Assembly: GCA_037441385.1 (NCBI GenBank) | Contig: JBBISH010000002.1 | Coordinates: 1-64,000 of the forward strand | Direction: 5' to 3' | Length of the DNA: 64,000 nucleotides | Source of the DNA: Myxococcales bacterium | GTDB taxonomy: Bacteria; Myxococcota_A; UBA9042 | Part shown: piece by piece, positions 30,345 through 39,121 of the stretch | Numbering within the stretch: position 1 is the stretch's first letter | How the letters are laid out: each line of letters begins with the position of its first letter | Notes under the pieces: model-generated | Seen by the model: only the letters and a program-made list of their open reading frames with translations | What the model was told of the DNA's origin: nothing | Database searches by the model: none | Program-made: the position numbers and the translations under genes

Positions 30345-30791
30345 ATGAGTGAAGGTTGGTCTGGGCCACTACCGCCCCGATTGGTGCTCTTTGACGGCGT
30401 CTGCGGTTTGTGCGATGCGACCGTGCAGTTCCTGCTGGACCACGACCCGCAGGCCACCCTGCACTTTGCCACGCTGCAGGGCGAGCTGGGCCAGGCGATC
30501 CTGAGCCGCCACCGCGACTTGACCGGCGTGGACAGCGTCGTCTTGGTCGAGAGCGGCGTCGACGCCAGGGGCGTCCCTTTCGAGCACGTGTTTTGCCGCA
30601 GCCGCGCCGTGTTCCGCATTCTGGGCGGTCTGGATCGGCGAGTACGCTGGCTGGGTGGGGCCCAGCACCTGCCCGCGCCGCTGGCCAACGTCGCCTACGA
30701 CCTGGTGGCGAGCGTGCGCTATCGCATTTGGGGCAAGCTAGAGGCCTGCCGCATCCCCACCCCGGAAGTCCGCGCACGCTTTCACGGTTGA
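30345..30791 (+). CDS. DCC1-like thiol-disulfide oxidoreductase (DUF393)
   Basis: Motifs LFDGVCGLC, FATLQ and YD.VA..RYR.WG...C..P. Confidence 0.9.
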   Translation: MSEGWSGPLPPRLVLFDGVCGLCDATVQFLLDHDPQATLHFATLQGELGQAILSRHRDLTGVDSVVLVESGVDARGVPFEHVFCRSRAVFRILGGLDRRVRWLGGAQHLPAPLANVAYDLVASVRYRIWGKLEACRIPTPEVRARFHG

Positions 30792-30912
30792 AGCTGCCCC
30801 GGCGCGGCGCCCGGCGGGCAAAGGCTTGGCCCGGCGACGCTTGCACGGCTCTGACTTGACGGCGCCCGCGGGCGAAACCCAGACTGCGCGCGAACGGACT
30901 GCGGAGGCCCAA

Positions 30913-32640
30913 ATGCGGCAGAATCTGGAACAGACCCTCTGGTCGGTGTTGGCGGCGGTCGCCCTGGCGTGCGGATCGGAGCCGGCGACCTCGGGCTCGA
31001 CTACGGCAAGCCAGGATGCCGGCGCCACGAGTGACGCGATCGCGCCCGACAGTAGCTCCGCCGACGGCACGGGAGACTCCGCAACTGTGGATGCGGGCGC
31101 GTGTTCGGTGGCGTCGTCCAGCGAGCCGGGTGTGATCGCCACCACGCGCGGCCTGGTCCGCGGCCAGCAAAACGGCAACAGCATGGCCTGGCTGGGGATC
31201 CCCTTTGCCGCCCCGCCGTTGGCCGAACTGCGCTTCCGCGACCCGCAGCCCCACGCTTGCTGGAACAGCACGCGCGACGCGCTGGCTTTTGCGGCCAAAT
31301 GCCCGCAGGTCGACGCCAAGACGGGTCAGCCCCAAGGCGACGAAGACTGCCTCACCCTGAATGTGTTCGCACCCATTGGCACCTTCAAGAAGCCCCTGCC
31401 GGTGCTGGTCTTTCTCCACGGCGGCGGCAACGTCCAGGGCGGCGCGGCCGAGGAAGTGCTGGGGGGTAAACCGCTGTACAGCGGGCAACACCTGGCCGAG
31501 GCGGGGCCGGCGGTGGTCGTCACCGTGCAGTACCGGCTGGGACCGTTTGGCTGGCTGGCGCTGCCCGAGCTCACCGCCGAAGCCGGAGGCAAATCGGGCA
31601 ACTACGGGCTCAAGGATCAACTGGCGGCGCTGCAATGGGTGCAGGCCAATGTCGGCGCCTTTGGCGGGGATGCCAAAGAGGTTCTGGTGTTCGGTGAGTC
31701 GGCGGGCGCGGTGGACACCTGCGCGCTGGTCGCCTCGCCAGCCGCCAAGGGGCTGTTCCGTGCGGCGCTGATGGAGTCGGGCAACTGCTCGCAGCCCAAG
31801 CAAGAGTCCGCCGAGACCGCCCACGCCGCCCGAGTTGCCCAGGGTAGCTGCGGCAAGGCCGCCGACCGCCTGCAATGCCTGCGCGAGTTGCCGGTGGCGC
31901 AGCTGCTGGCCGAGCTGGGCGGCTCGATCGGCATCGGCGAGGCGTCTTTTGACCCGGACCCGGCCAAATACGGCCCGCTGGTCGATGGTTCGCTGCTGCC
32001 GCTGTCGCCCCTGGACGCGCTGAAGGCCGGCAAGGCCAACCCGGTGGCGTTTGCCGTGGGCTGCAACAGCGAAGAGCTGGCCAAGCTGCTGGTCGTGACC
32101 GTGTCGACCGAAGCCGAGCTCAAGACGGCGCTCGCCAACGGTTTTTCCATGCTCGGCGGCGACGCGGTGGCCAAGATTCAGGCCATGTACGCGGCGGCCA
32201 AGTACCCGACCCCGCAGGCTGCGCTGGTGGCCGCGTATTCGGACGTGCGCTTTGTCTGCCCCACTCGCAGCATCGCCCGCGCGGCGGTGCAAGGCGGCAA
32301 CCCATCGGTCTGGCGCTATTTCTTCACCCGCCAGGCGCCGTCGGCCAAGGGCCCGGTCGCTGCGGCGCACGGCATCGAGCTACTCTACGTCTTTGGTACC
32401 ATCGCGGACATCCTTGGCTACAAGCCCGCGAACGTCGACTTGTCGCTTTCCGCAGCCATGATCGGCTACTGGACGCGGCTGGCGGGCCTGGGCACGCCGA
32501 ACGGGGGCGACGCTCCGCAGTGGCCCTCCTACACCCAAGCCGGCGACCCGTATCTGCACTTGGGCGACACGGTCGCGGCGGAAACCGGCGTGCGCTCGGC
32601 CGAGTGCGACCTGTGGGCGACCTTGATTCCGGGCTACTGA
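30913..32640 (+). CDS. Type B carboxylesterase (lipoprotein)
   Basis: Motifs GIPFAAPP, EDCLTLNV, HGGG, GESAG and HGIEL; lipobox ALAC; GGAGG RBS. Confidence 0.92.
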   Translation: MRQNLEQTLWSVLAAVALACGSEPATSGSTTASQDAGATSDAIAPDSSSADGTGDSATVDAGACSVASSSEPGVIATTRGLVRGQQNGNSMAWLGIPFAAPPLAELRFRDPQPHACWNSTRDALAFAAKCPQVDAKTGQPQGDEDCLTLNVFAPIGTFKKPLPVLVFLHGGGNVQGGAAEEVLGGKPLYSGQHLAEAGPAVVVTVQYRLGPFGWLALPELTAEAGGKSGNYGLKDQLAALQWVQANVGAFGGDAKEVLVFGESAGAVDTCALVASPAAKGLFRAALMESGNCSQPKQESAETAHAARVAQGSCGKAADRLQCLRELPVAQLLAELGGSIGIGEASFDPDPAKYGPLVDGSLLPLSPLDALKAGKANPVAFAVGCNSEELAKLLVVTVSTEAELKTALANGFSMLGGDAVAKIQAMYAAAKYPTPQAALVAAYSDVRFVCPTRSIARAAVQGGNPSVWRYFFTRQAPSAKGPVAAAHGIELLYVFGTIADILGYKPANVDLSLSAAMIGYWTRLAGLGTPNGGDAPQWPSYTQAGDPYLHLGDTVAAETGVRSAECDLWATLIPGY

Positions 32641-32714
32641 TTGACCATAACTAGTATGCGATCCAGTAACTTGGAACTCACGGCCGCGGTGGACCGTGCC
32701 CACCGAGGTGAGCC

Positions 32715-33347
32715 ATGACGGCTTGCGAAAAGCTGCTCCAGCACAACAAGACCTGGGCAGCCGAGCAAGTCGCCGCCGATCCTGACTACTTCGCCCGCTT
32801 GGCCAGCATCCAGCGCCCAGAGTTCTTGTGGATTGGCTGCAGCGACAGCCGGGTGCCGGCCAACGTCATCACAGGCACCCAACCGGGCGAAGTGTTCGTG
32901 CACCGCAACGTCGCGAACTTGGTCGTCAATACCGACCTGAACCTGCTGACCGTGCTGGAGTTTGCCGTGGTCAATCTGCAGGTGGAGCACGTCATCGTCT
33001 GCGGACACTACGGCTGCGGCGGCGTGCAGGCGGCGATGTCGCGTCAGAGTTTTGGCCTGATCGACCCGTGGTTGCGCAACATCAAGGACGTCTACCGCTT
33101 GCACCAGGGCGAGCTGGAGCAGATCGCCGATCCCGACGCGCGGGCCCGCCGGCTCGTCGAGCGGTCGGTGATGGAACAGGTCGTCAACCTGACCAAGACC
33201 ACGGTGATCCAGCGCAGTTGGGCGCTGCACCAGCGACCGCACCTGCACGGCTGGGTCTACGGCCTGGACAACGGCGTCCTCAAGCCGCTGGTCGATATGC
33301 CGCCGGGCGCGGCGGTGGCAGAGCTCTACCGCTACGACGATCTGTAG
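32715..33347 (+). CDS. can: Beta-class carbonic anhydrase
   Basis: WIGCSDSRVP, HRNVAN and CGHYGCGG zinc ligands. Confidence 0.95.
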   Translation: MTACEKLLQHNKTWAAEQVAADPDYFARLASIQRPEFLWIGCSDSRVPANVITGTQPGEVFVHRNVANLVVNTDLNLLTVLEFAVVNLQVEHVIVCGHYGCGGVQAAMSRQSFGLIDPWLRNIKDVYRLHQGELEQIADPDARARRLVERSVMEQVVNLTKTTVIQRSWALHQRPHLHGWVYGLDNGVLKPLVDMPPGAAVAELYRYDDL

Positions 33348-33377
33348 CGGACGCTGGGAATTCCGACGGGTTGCGCT

Positions 33378-34214
33378 TCAAAAGCCAGTGACGCGCCGGA
33401 CCAAGTGCTCCCACAGCCGCTCGGGGACGGCGCTGCGGACCAGCCCCTGCATCTTGGCGTCGCGGCCGACCACGGTGCGCGCGGGCGGATTGGCGTGGTC
33501 GATCAGGTCGCAGATGAGGTCCGAGACCTCTTTGGGATCCTGGCCCTTTTGGGCGACCAGGCGGTCGACTTTGGCCGAAAACCGCACGCTGGCGCGCTCG
33601 AACGGGCTGGCGCCGCCGCGGCCCTGGCTGGCTTCCTTGCGCTTGGCGAACACCTCGGTCTTGTACATGCCCGGCAGAACCGTGCACACGCGAATGCCGT
33701 GGCCGGCCAGCTCGTAGCGCATCGCCTCGGACAGGCCTTCCAGCGCCCACTTGCTGGCGTTGTAGGCGCCCATCCCCGGCGTGGCGTGCAGCGCCGCCAC
33801 CGAGGTCACGTTGATGATTCGGCCCGATCTCTGCTCCAGCATCGCCGGCAGGACAGCCTTGCTCAGGGCGACGGCGCCAAAGAAATTGGTCTCCATCTGG
33901 GCGCGCAGCTCGTCCATGGTCAGGTCAAAGACGGTGCCGCCCATGCCAAAGCCGGCGTTGTTCACCAGCGCGTCGATGCGGCCGTGGCGGCGCAAGACCT
34001 CGGCGACGCAGCGCTGGATGCTGGCGGCGTCGTTCACGTCCAAAGCCAGCACGTCCAACTCGACCCCCGCGGCGCTGGCGGCCTGATCCAGGGCCGCGCG
34101 GCGGCCGACGTCGCGGAGCGTGGCGACGACCTTGTGACCACGCCGGGCGGCCTCTACGGCCGCGAGCAAGCCAAACCCAGACGAACACCCAGAAATCAGT
34201 ATCACCTTGGCCAT
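33378..34214 (-). CDS. SDR family oxidoreductase
   Basis: Motifs SGCSSGFG, NNAG and YNASK; ATG 34214. Confidence 0.92.
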   Translation of the reverse strand: MAKVILISGCSSGFGLLAAVEAARRGHKVVATLRDVGRRAALDQAASAAGVELDVLALDVNDAASIQRCVAEVLRRHGRIDALVNNAGFGMGGTVFDLTMDELRAQMETNFFGAVALSKAVLPAMLEQRSGRIINVTSVAALHATPGMGAYNASKWALEGLSEAMRYELAGHGIRVCTVLPGMYKTEVFAKRKEASQGRGGASPFERASVRFSAKVDRLVAQKGQDPKEVSDLICDLIDHANPPARTVVGRDAKMQGLVRSAVPERLWEHLVRRVTGF

Positions 34215-34216
34215 CT

Positions 34217-34486
34217 TCACCCCTGTTGGACCGCCGGATCCGGGCGCAGTGTCGGCCAGCAGGGCGGGCGGTGCAAGGGGGCCGCGAGCGTACCGCCCAC
34301 CGCCGAGCCCAGGACACCGCCCACCGCCAGCAGCGAGATCCGCGCGCCTGCGGTACCCACATCGACCCCCGCCGGACCGGTGAGGTACAAGGCCAGGTAG
34401 ACATGGGCAAACCCGCCCAATCGGTCGATCAGGGTGGCCGCGAGCAACAGCCAGAACGCCGCGGGCAGACCGCGAACATCCGGCAT
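34217..34486 (-). pseudogene. Truncated MFS transporter (MdtH/MDR-like N-terminal two helices only)
   Basis: GLPAAFWLL..ATLIDRLGGF...YLALYLT...GG.LA, then loss of similarity and a stop after ~90 aa. Confidence 0.7.
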
Positions 34487-34616
34487 GAACAGGCAGGCAA
34501 GGCGCAGAGAACGGGCGAACACGGGACTCCAACGGTACGGGACGGCGACTCGCCATTGTAGCCGAAGGCCGGCCGCCGCGAGAGGACGGCGCTGCCGTAC
34601 CCGACTGGGCACGTCA

Positions 34617-34748
34617 TACGAACCCCGTCTGATTCACGCCTGTACGGCTTCTCTGACCCGGTCTGCAACCGGCGAGAATCAGGCGGGGACCCCGGTTCGA
34701 GCCCGAAGAATTGCCCGAGTTTTCGATCCAATTCGGACGGAACTCGTA
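34617..34748 (+). mobile_element. 132-bp MITE-like element, copy 3
   Basis: TA...TA ends. Left TACGAACCCCGTCTGA versus right-end reverse complement TACGAGTTCCGTCCGA (12/16). 128/132 identical to copy 2. Confidence 0.8.
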
Positions 34749-34842
34749 TCAGACGGGCAGGAGCCGTCCAGGTACTTGCGCGGATCGGTACGCAGATGGA
34801 CACTGCAGGCCAGGCGACGCGGTTCGCCGTGCGAGTTGAGCC

Positions 34843-35523
34843 ATGTTGCGTCGTATCGGGTTGGTCGCCTTGAGTTTCGCAGTGGGTGCGGGTTGCGGCA
34901 GTTCGGCCGCGCCGACGGCTGCGCCAGATGCGGCCAAGGATACCGCCGCCGACGCCGCGGTTGACGCGGCCACCGACACCGCCGTGGCGAGCGACGCAGG
35001 CTGCTCCACCAAGCCGACGGTGTGCTGCTGCCAGGGCGACACCGTGGCAGCGGCCGTGTGCAAGGCCGGCACGTGGGGCTGCGCCAACGGCTACGTCAGC
35101 TACCAGGCCAGCAACTGCGGCGTGATCCCGGCTGGCATTGGCTGCGGGCTGCCCGATGTGGTGAACACCGATTCGCAGCAGGCGGACACAACCCAAAGCG
35201 ACACAACGCAAGCCGACACACTCAAGGGCGATTCGGCGGCCGCAGACAGCGGACCGGTGGATGCGGCGCCCAAGGACGCGGCTCCGGCCGACGACGTCGC
35301 AAGTACCGATTCGGACCAGGCCGAGGTCGCGCCGGGCAACCCCTGCACCGCCTCGGGCGGCACCGTGGGCGAGGGACTTTGCTGCGACAGCGCCGGCAAT
35401 TTCCCCAACTCGTGCGCTGTCGGCGCCTGCGGCTGCGCGCCCAACTACAGCCACACGGTGCTTATCTGCAACTGCCCGGCCGGCAAGTGCTTTGACCCGG
35501 AAATGGGCTGCAAGGCTATGTAG
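34843..35523 (+). CDS. Cys-rich lipoprotein with two small disulfide domains and Asp/Thr-rich linkers
   Basis: Lipobox GAGC, two Cys clusters, low-complexity linkers. Confidence 0.75.
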   Translation: MLRRIGLVALSFAVGAGCGSSAAPTAAPDAAKDTAADAAVDAATDTAVASDAGCSTKPTVCCCQGDTVAAAVCKAGTWGCANGYVSYQASNCGVIPAGIGCGLPDVVNTDSQQADTTQSDTTQADTLKGDSAAADSGPVDAAPKDAAPADDVASTDSDQAEVAPGNPCTASGGTVGEGLCCDSAGNFPNSCAVGACGCAPNYSHTVLICNCPAGKCFDPEMGCKAM

Positions 35524-35601
35524 TCCCAGCGGGCGAGCGCTCTAGCCAAGATGGGCTATCGTGTAGAGAGAGCTCCCGTTTTGGGGGCGCGCGAGGCCGT
35601 C

Positions 35602-36210
35602 ATGAGGGGCATTGGCAACGTGTTTGCAACTGCCGCGCTGGTCCTTTTGTCCCTTAGCTGCGAGGCCAACAACGCAGGCGTCCCGGCGGGCGCGGGCCAG
35701 ACCGATACGGACATCGGCACGCTGAGTGACGCCAAAACCGATGACGTCCAAGGCGATTCGACGCAAGCGGACAGTCCCGCACAGACCGACGGCCCAACGC
35801 AGACCGACGGCATCGCCGCGGACGCCGGCTGCAAGGGCGGAAACCCTTGTGGCATGGGCGAATTCTGCAACGACAAGGGCGTGTGCTGCCCGGCCTTTGG
35901 CTGCAACCCGCAATGTCCAGGCGGCGTGGCCTTGGACGCCAAGGGCTGCGACACTTGCCAGTGCGCGCCGACCCTGGGCAAGAGCTGCAACCCGATGAGC
36001 ATGAGCCCAATGGCGCAGTGCAATCAAACGGAATTTTGCGGCACGCCCACCGGCCAATGCGGTACCAGCCAAGGCGTCTGCACCACCAAACCACAGGCCT
36101 GCGACACGATCTACCAGCCGGTGTGTGGTTGCGACGGCAAGACCTACAGCAGCGACTGCGTGGCGGCGGCCGCCAGCATGAGCCTGGCCGAGATCGGGGC
36201 GTGCAAGTAG
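35602..36210 (+). CDS. Cys-rich lipoprotein with antistasin-like and Kazal-type protease-inhibitor domains
   Basis: Lipobox SLSC; CNPQCPGGVALDAKGCDTCQC; CDTIYQPVCGCDGKTYSSDC...GAC. Confidence 0.75.
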   Translation: MRGIGNVFATAALVLLSLSCEANNAGVPAGAGQTDTDIGTLSDAKTDDVQGDSTQADSPAQTDGPTQTDGIAADAGCKGGNPCGMGEFCNDKGVCCPAFGCNPQCPGGVALDAKGCDTCQCAPTLGKSCNPMSMSPMAQCNQTEFCGTPTGQCGTSQGVCTTKPQACDTIYQPVCGCDGKTYSSDCVAAAASMSLAEIGACK

Positions 36211-36232
36211 CGGCGGCTCTTGGCTGGCGCGG

Positions 36233-36964
36233 CTACTGCAAACCCGTGCCGCAGGCCGCCGTAAAGATGCCGAGCAGGTCGAGGCCGCCCTGGGGCACGC
36301 CGCAGCCAACGTCGGCAAACTCCTCGGAACTCAGCTGCTTGTCGCCACGCATCCAAGTGACGGTCACGCGCAGGTGGTTCGAGCAGACTTCGCCCTCGCC
36401 GGCGCGCCAGGCGTGTAACAGGGCGTCGATGCGTGGCAAGTCCGCAGCCGCCAAGCTAGAAGCCGCGCATTGCCGCGGGGGCAAGCGGTCGAGCGGGCTG
36501 ATCTGGCTGATCACCGCATTGTGGCCGGCGTCCAAAACCTGCCAGGCAGCGGACGCAACGTCGTAGCGCAGCTCGCCAGAGAGATGCGAAAAGCAGCTGA
36601 CCGACTCAAAGGCGATCACCAAACGGTCGCCAGCGCGCAGCTCATGGGTTTGCAGCTGGCGGTCGCGCACGGTCGCGTCGGTTTCGGCGTCGGCAGGCAC
36701 GCTCAGGCCCTGCTCGCCGGTCCACTGCACCGGTCCGCGCTTGGTGCGCAGCCAGCGGGCCAGCACATCGAACCACGCGCGCGCCTCGGTCCCCAGGTCC
36801 ACAGCGGCGCCGCTGGGCAGGGCCACCTCCATGCCGGCTTTGACGGCACCGCGCTGCGGTTCATGAATGCGATGCAGGGGTTCCACGGCCAGAGCGGGCG
36901 CGGCAAAAGAAGCGAGCGCGGCCAGGGCGAGCAGGCGGCGGGCAAAGGGCAGGTGGGCGGTCAT
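36233..36964 (-). CDS. Hypothetical secreted protein
   Basis: GGAGG RBS, signal peptide ending APALA. Confidence 0.6.
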   Translation of the reverse strand: MTAHLPFARRLLALAALASFAAPALAVEPLHRIHEPQRGAVKAGMEVALPSGAAVDLGTEARAWFDVLARWLRTKRGPVQWTGEQGLSVPADAETDATVRDRQLQTHELRAGDRLVIAFESVSCFSHLSGELRYDVASAAWQVLDAGHNAVISQISPLDRLPPRQCAASSLAAADLPRIDALLHAWRAGEGEVCSNHLRVTVTWMRGDKQLSSEEFADVGCGVPQGGLDLLGIFTAACGTGLQ

Positions 36965-37033
36965 CGGAGCCTCGGCGCACAGCGGGCGCGTAGGCAATCC
37001 GACGCACGAAGGACGGCCAGGATCTACCTGGTC

Positions 37034-39100
37034 CTACTTCAGGACGCCGATCAGGTCGTGGCGGTCGTCGCGCCAGGCCAGCAGCCCGGCCTGCGCGGCG
37101 GGCTCGGCGCCGATCTCATCCTCGCGCAAGTCGGCCAAAAGCTTGGCGTTGTCGGTGACGAGCACCCAGTCGGACCGCGACAGGTGCGTGTCCTTGTTGG
37201 GGTCGTCGCGTACCTGCCAGGCCTTCAGCCCGGCGCCGTCGGCCAGCCCGCGCACCACCGGCGGCAAGTCCAGGTAACGATTGCTGACATGGAAGGCGAT
37301 CACCCCGCCTGGGCGCAGGTGGCGGCGGTAGACGCTCACGGCCTCGGCCGTCAGCAGGTGCACGGGGATCGAGTCGCTGGAAAACGCGTCCACCGCCAAG
37401 ACATCGAATTGCTGCGGCGCCTCGTGCTCCAGCGACAGCCGTGCGTCGCCCAGCACCACCTGCGGGTCGGCCGGGCACTGCTTCAAGTAGCTGAATTGCC
37501 TCTGTGCCAGATCCAGCACCGCCGGGTTCAGCTCGTATAGCCGATAGTGATCGCCCTTGCGGCCGTAGGCGCTCAGCGTGCCCACACCCAGGCCGATGAG
37601 GCCAATCCGCTGCGGTTGACCGGGGTTCTGGTCGCGCAGCCGCAGGATCGCCAGGCCCACACCCGAGCTCTCGCCATAATAGGTGGTCGGCTTGAACTTG
37701 TCGTCGCCGTCGTTGCGCTGCTCGCCGTGCAGGATGTTGCCGTGGACCAGGCGCACCACGCCGCGCTCGTTGCCCAGCGGCCCGGCGTACTTCACACGCA
37801 GCTGCCCATAGAAATTGCGCGTCATCTCGGCCACATCACTGTGCACGTAGCTGGCATAGTCGATGCCCAGCCCCAGGCAGGCGATCGCGGCCACCGCGCC
37901 CAGCACCCGCTGCCACGGCCGCGGCGACAGGGCCGCCACCAGTGCGGCCACGCCCAGCAGACCCAGCGGAACCTCCCAATACGCATCAAAGATCAGCGGC
38001 GCCACCAGGCCCACCGCCACGCCGCCCACCGCGCCGCCCAGCGACACGGACAGGTAGAAGCGCGTCAGGTGCGCCGGGGCTGGCTTGCGCTCGACCAGCT
38101 CGCCGTGCAGAAACATGCACGCCACCAGCAGCCCAAGGGCGTACAGCGGTCCGGCGGTGTGCAGGTGCAACACCCCGTGCTCCAAGCCAAAGTGCCCGGT
38201 CTTGGGCTTGTACGACAGCGCCAGGATCATGGCCACGGACAGCACGGCCGCCGCCACAGGGTAGAATCCGCGCCAATACCAGCCCTTGCCGTCAAAACAC
38301 AGCACAAAACTAAGGAGGTACAGAGCCAACGGCAGCACCCACAAGAACGGCACGCTGGCGATGTTCTGGGTCAAGTGGGTCGACAAGGCCAACAACAGCG
38401 CTGACCCCAGCGCCGCCAAGGTGAGCCAGGTGCCCTGCTGCAGCCAGGTGGGCGGTGGGCTTTCGTCTTGGCCCATCTGGGGTTCTGTGGCATCGGCGGC
38501 GGTCGCCACCTCGCGCAGCCGGGCATTGCTCCAGGCCACCCCGACCACCACCGCGGCGAACACGACAAAAAGTCCAGACCACAGCCAGGCTTGCTCGCGA
38601 TTGGCCAACAGCGGCTCAAAGAGCAGCGGGTACGCCAGCAGCGCCGACAGCGAGAACAAATTCGACAGCGCATACAGGCGGTACACGCGGGTGCCGCCAA
38701 AGCGCCGCGCGAACCAGGCTTGCACCAGCGGTCCGGTGGTCGACAGTGCCAGGTAAGGCAGCCCCACCGACAGGGCCAGCACGGCCAAGATACGCGTGGT
38801 CGGCGCGTCGGCGCCCGTCGGCTTGAGCCACTCGGGAGGGGTCAGCGGCAGCACGGCCAACGCAGCCAGCAGAAGCCCTGTATGAATCGCGGCTTGCGTG
38901 GTGGGCTTGGCGCGCCGCACCAGCACGTCGGCGTAGAAGTAGCCGGCCAGCAGCGTCAACTGAAAGAAGACCAGGCAGGTCGACCAGACCGCCGCCGAAC
39001 CGCCAAACCAGGGCAGGATCTGGCGCGCCATCAGCGGCTGCACCAAGAACAGCAAGAACGCCGACAGGGCGATCGCCAAACCGTTCCAAAGCATGCGCAA
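37034..39100 (-). CDS. Fused MFS-like membrane / spermidine-synthase-like SAM-binding protein
   Basis: LSAFLLFLVQP, PWFGGSAAVW, multiple TM helices, IGLGVGTL, GDAR, DAFSSDSIPVHLLT.E. Confidence 0.88.
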   Translation of the reverse strand: MRMLWNGLAIALSAFLLFLVQPLMARQILPWFGGSAAVWSTCLVFFQLTLLAGYFYADVLVRRAKPTTQAAIHTGLLLAALAVLPLTPPEWLKPTGADAPTTRILAVLALSVGLPYLALSTTGPLVQAWFARRFGGTRVYRLYALSNLFSLSALLAYPLLFEPLLANREQAWLWSGLFVVFAAVVVGVAWSNARLREVATAADATEPQMGQDESPPPTWLQQGTWLTLAALGSALLLALSTHLTQNIASVPFLWVLPLALYLLSFVLCFDGKGWYWRGFYPVAAAVLSVAMILALSYKPKTGHFGLEHGVLHLHTAGPLYALGLLVACMFLHGELVERKPAPAHLTRFYLSVSLGGAVGGVAVGLVAPLIFDAYWEVPLGLLGVAALVAALSPRPWQRVLGAVAAIACLGLGIDYASYVHSDVAEMTRNFYGQLRVKYAGPLGNERGVVRLVHGNILHGEQRNDGDDKFKPTTYYGESSGVGLAILRLRDQNPGQPQRIGLIGLGVGTLSAYGRKGDHYRLYELNPAVLDLAQRQFSYLKQCPADPQVVLGDARLSLEHEAPQQFDVLAVDAFSSDSIPVHLLTAEAVSVYRRHLRPGGVIAFHVSNRYLDLPPVVRGLADGAGLKAWQVRDDPNKDTHLSRSDWVLVTDNAKLLADLREDEIGAEPAAQAGLLAWRDDRHDLIGVLK

Positions 39101-39121
39101 TCCCCTGAGAATGAGCGATCT

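Noticed and set aside
32715..33347. Functional link between carbonic anhydrase and the sAC-like cyclase (bicarbonate sensing)
   Set aside because: About 15 kb apart with unrelated genes between, and the cyclase lacks the Thr associated with bicarbonate response.
24566..34748. Near-regular ~5.0-kb spacing of the three MITE copies
   Set aside because: Only two intervals and mixed orientation; cannot be distinguished from chance.
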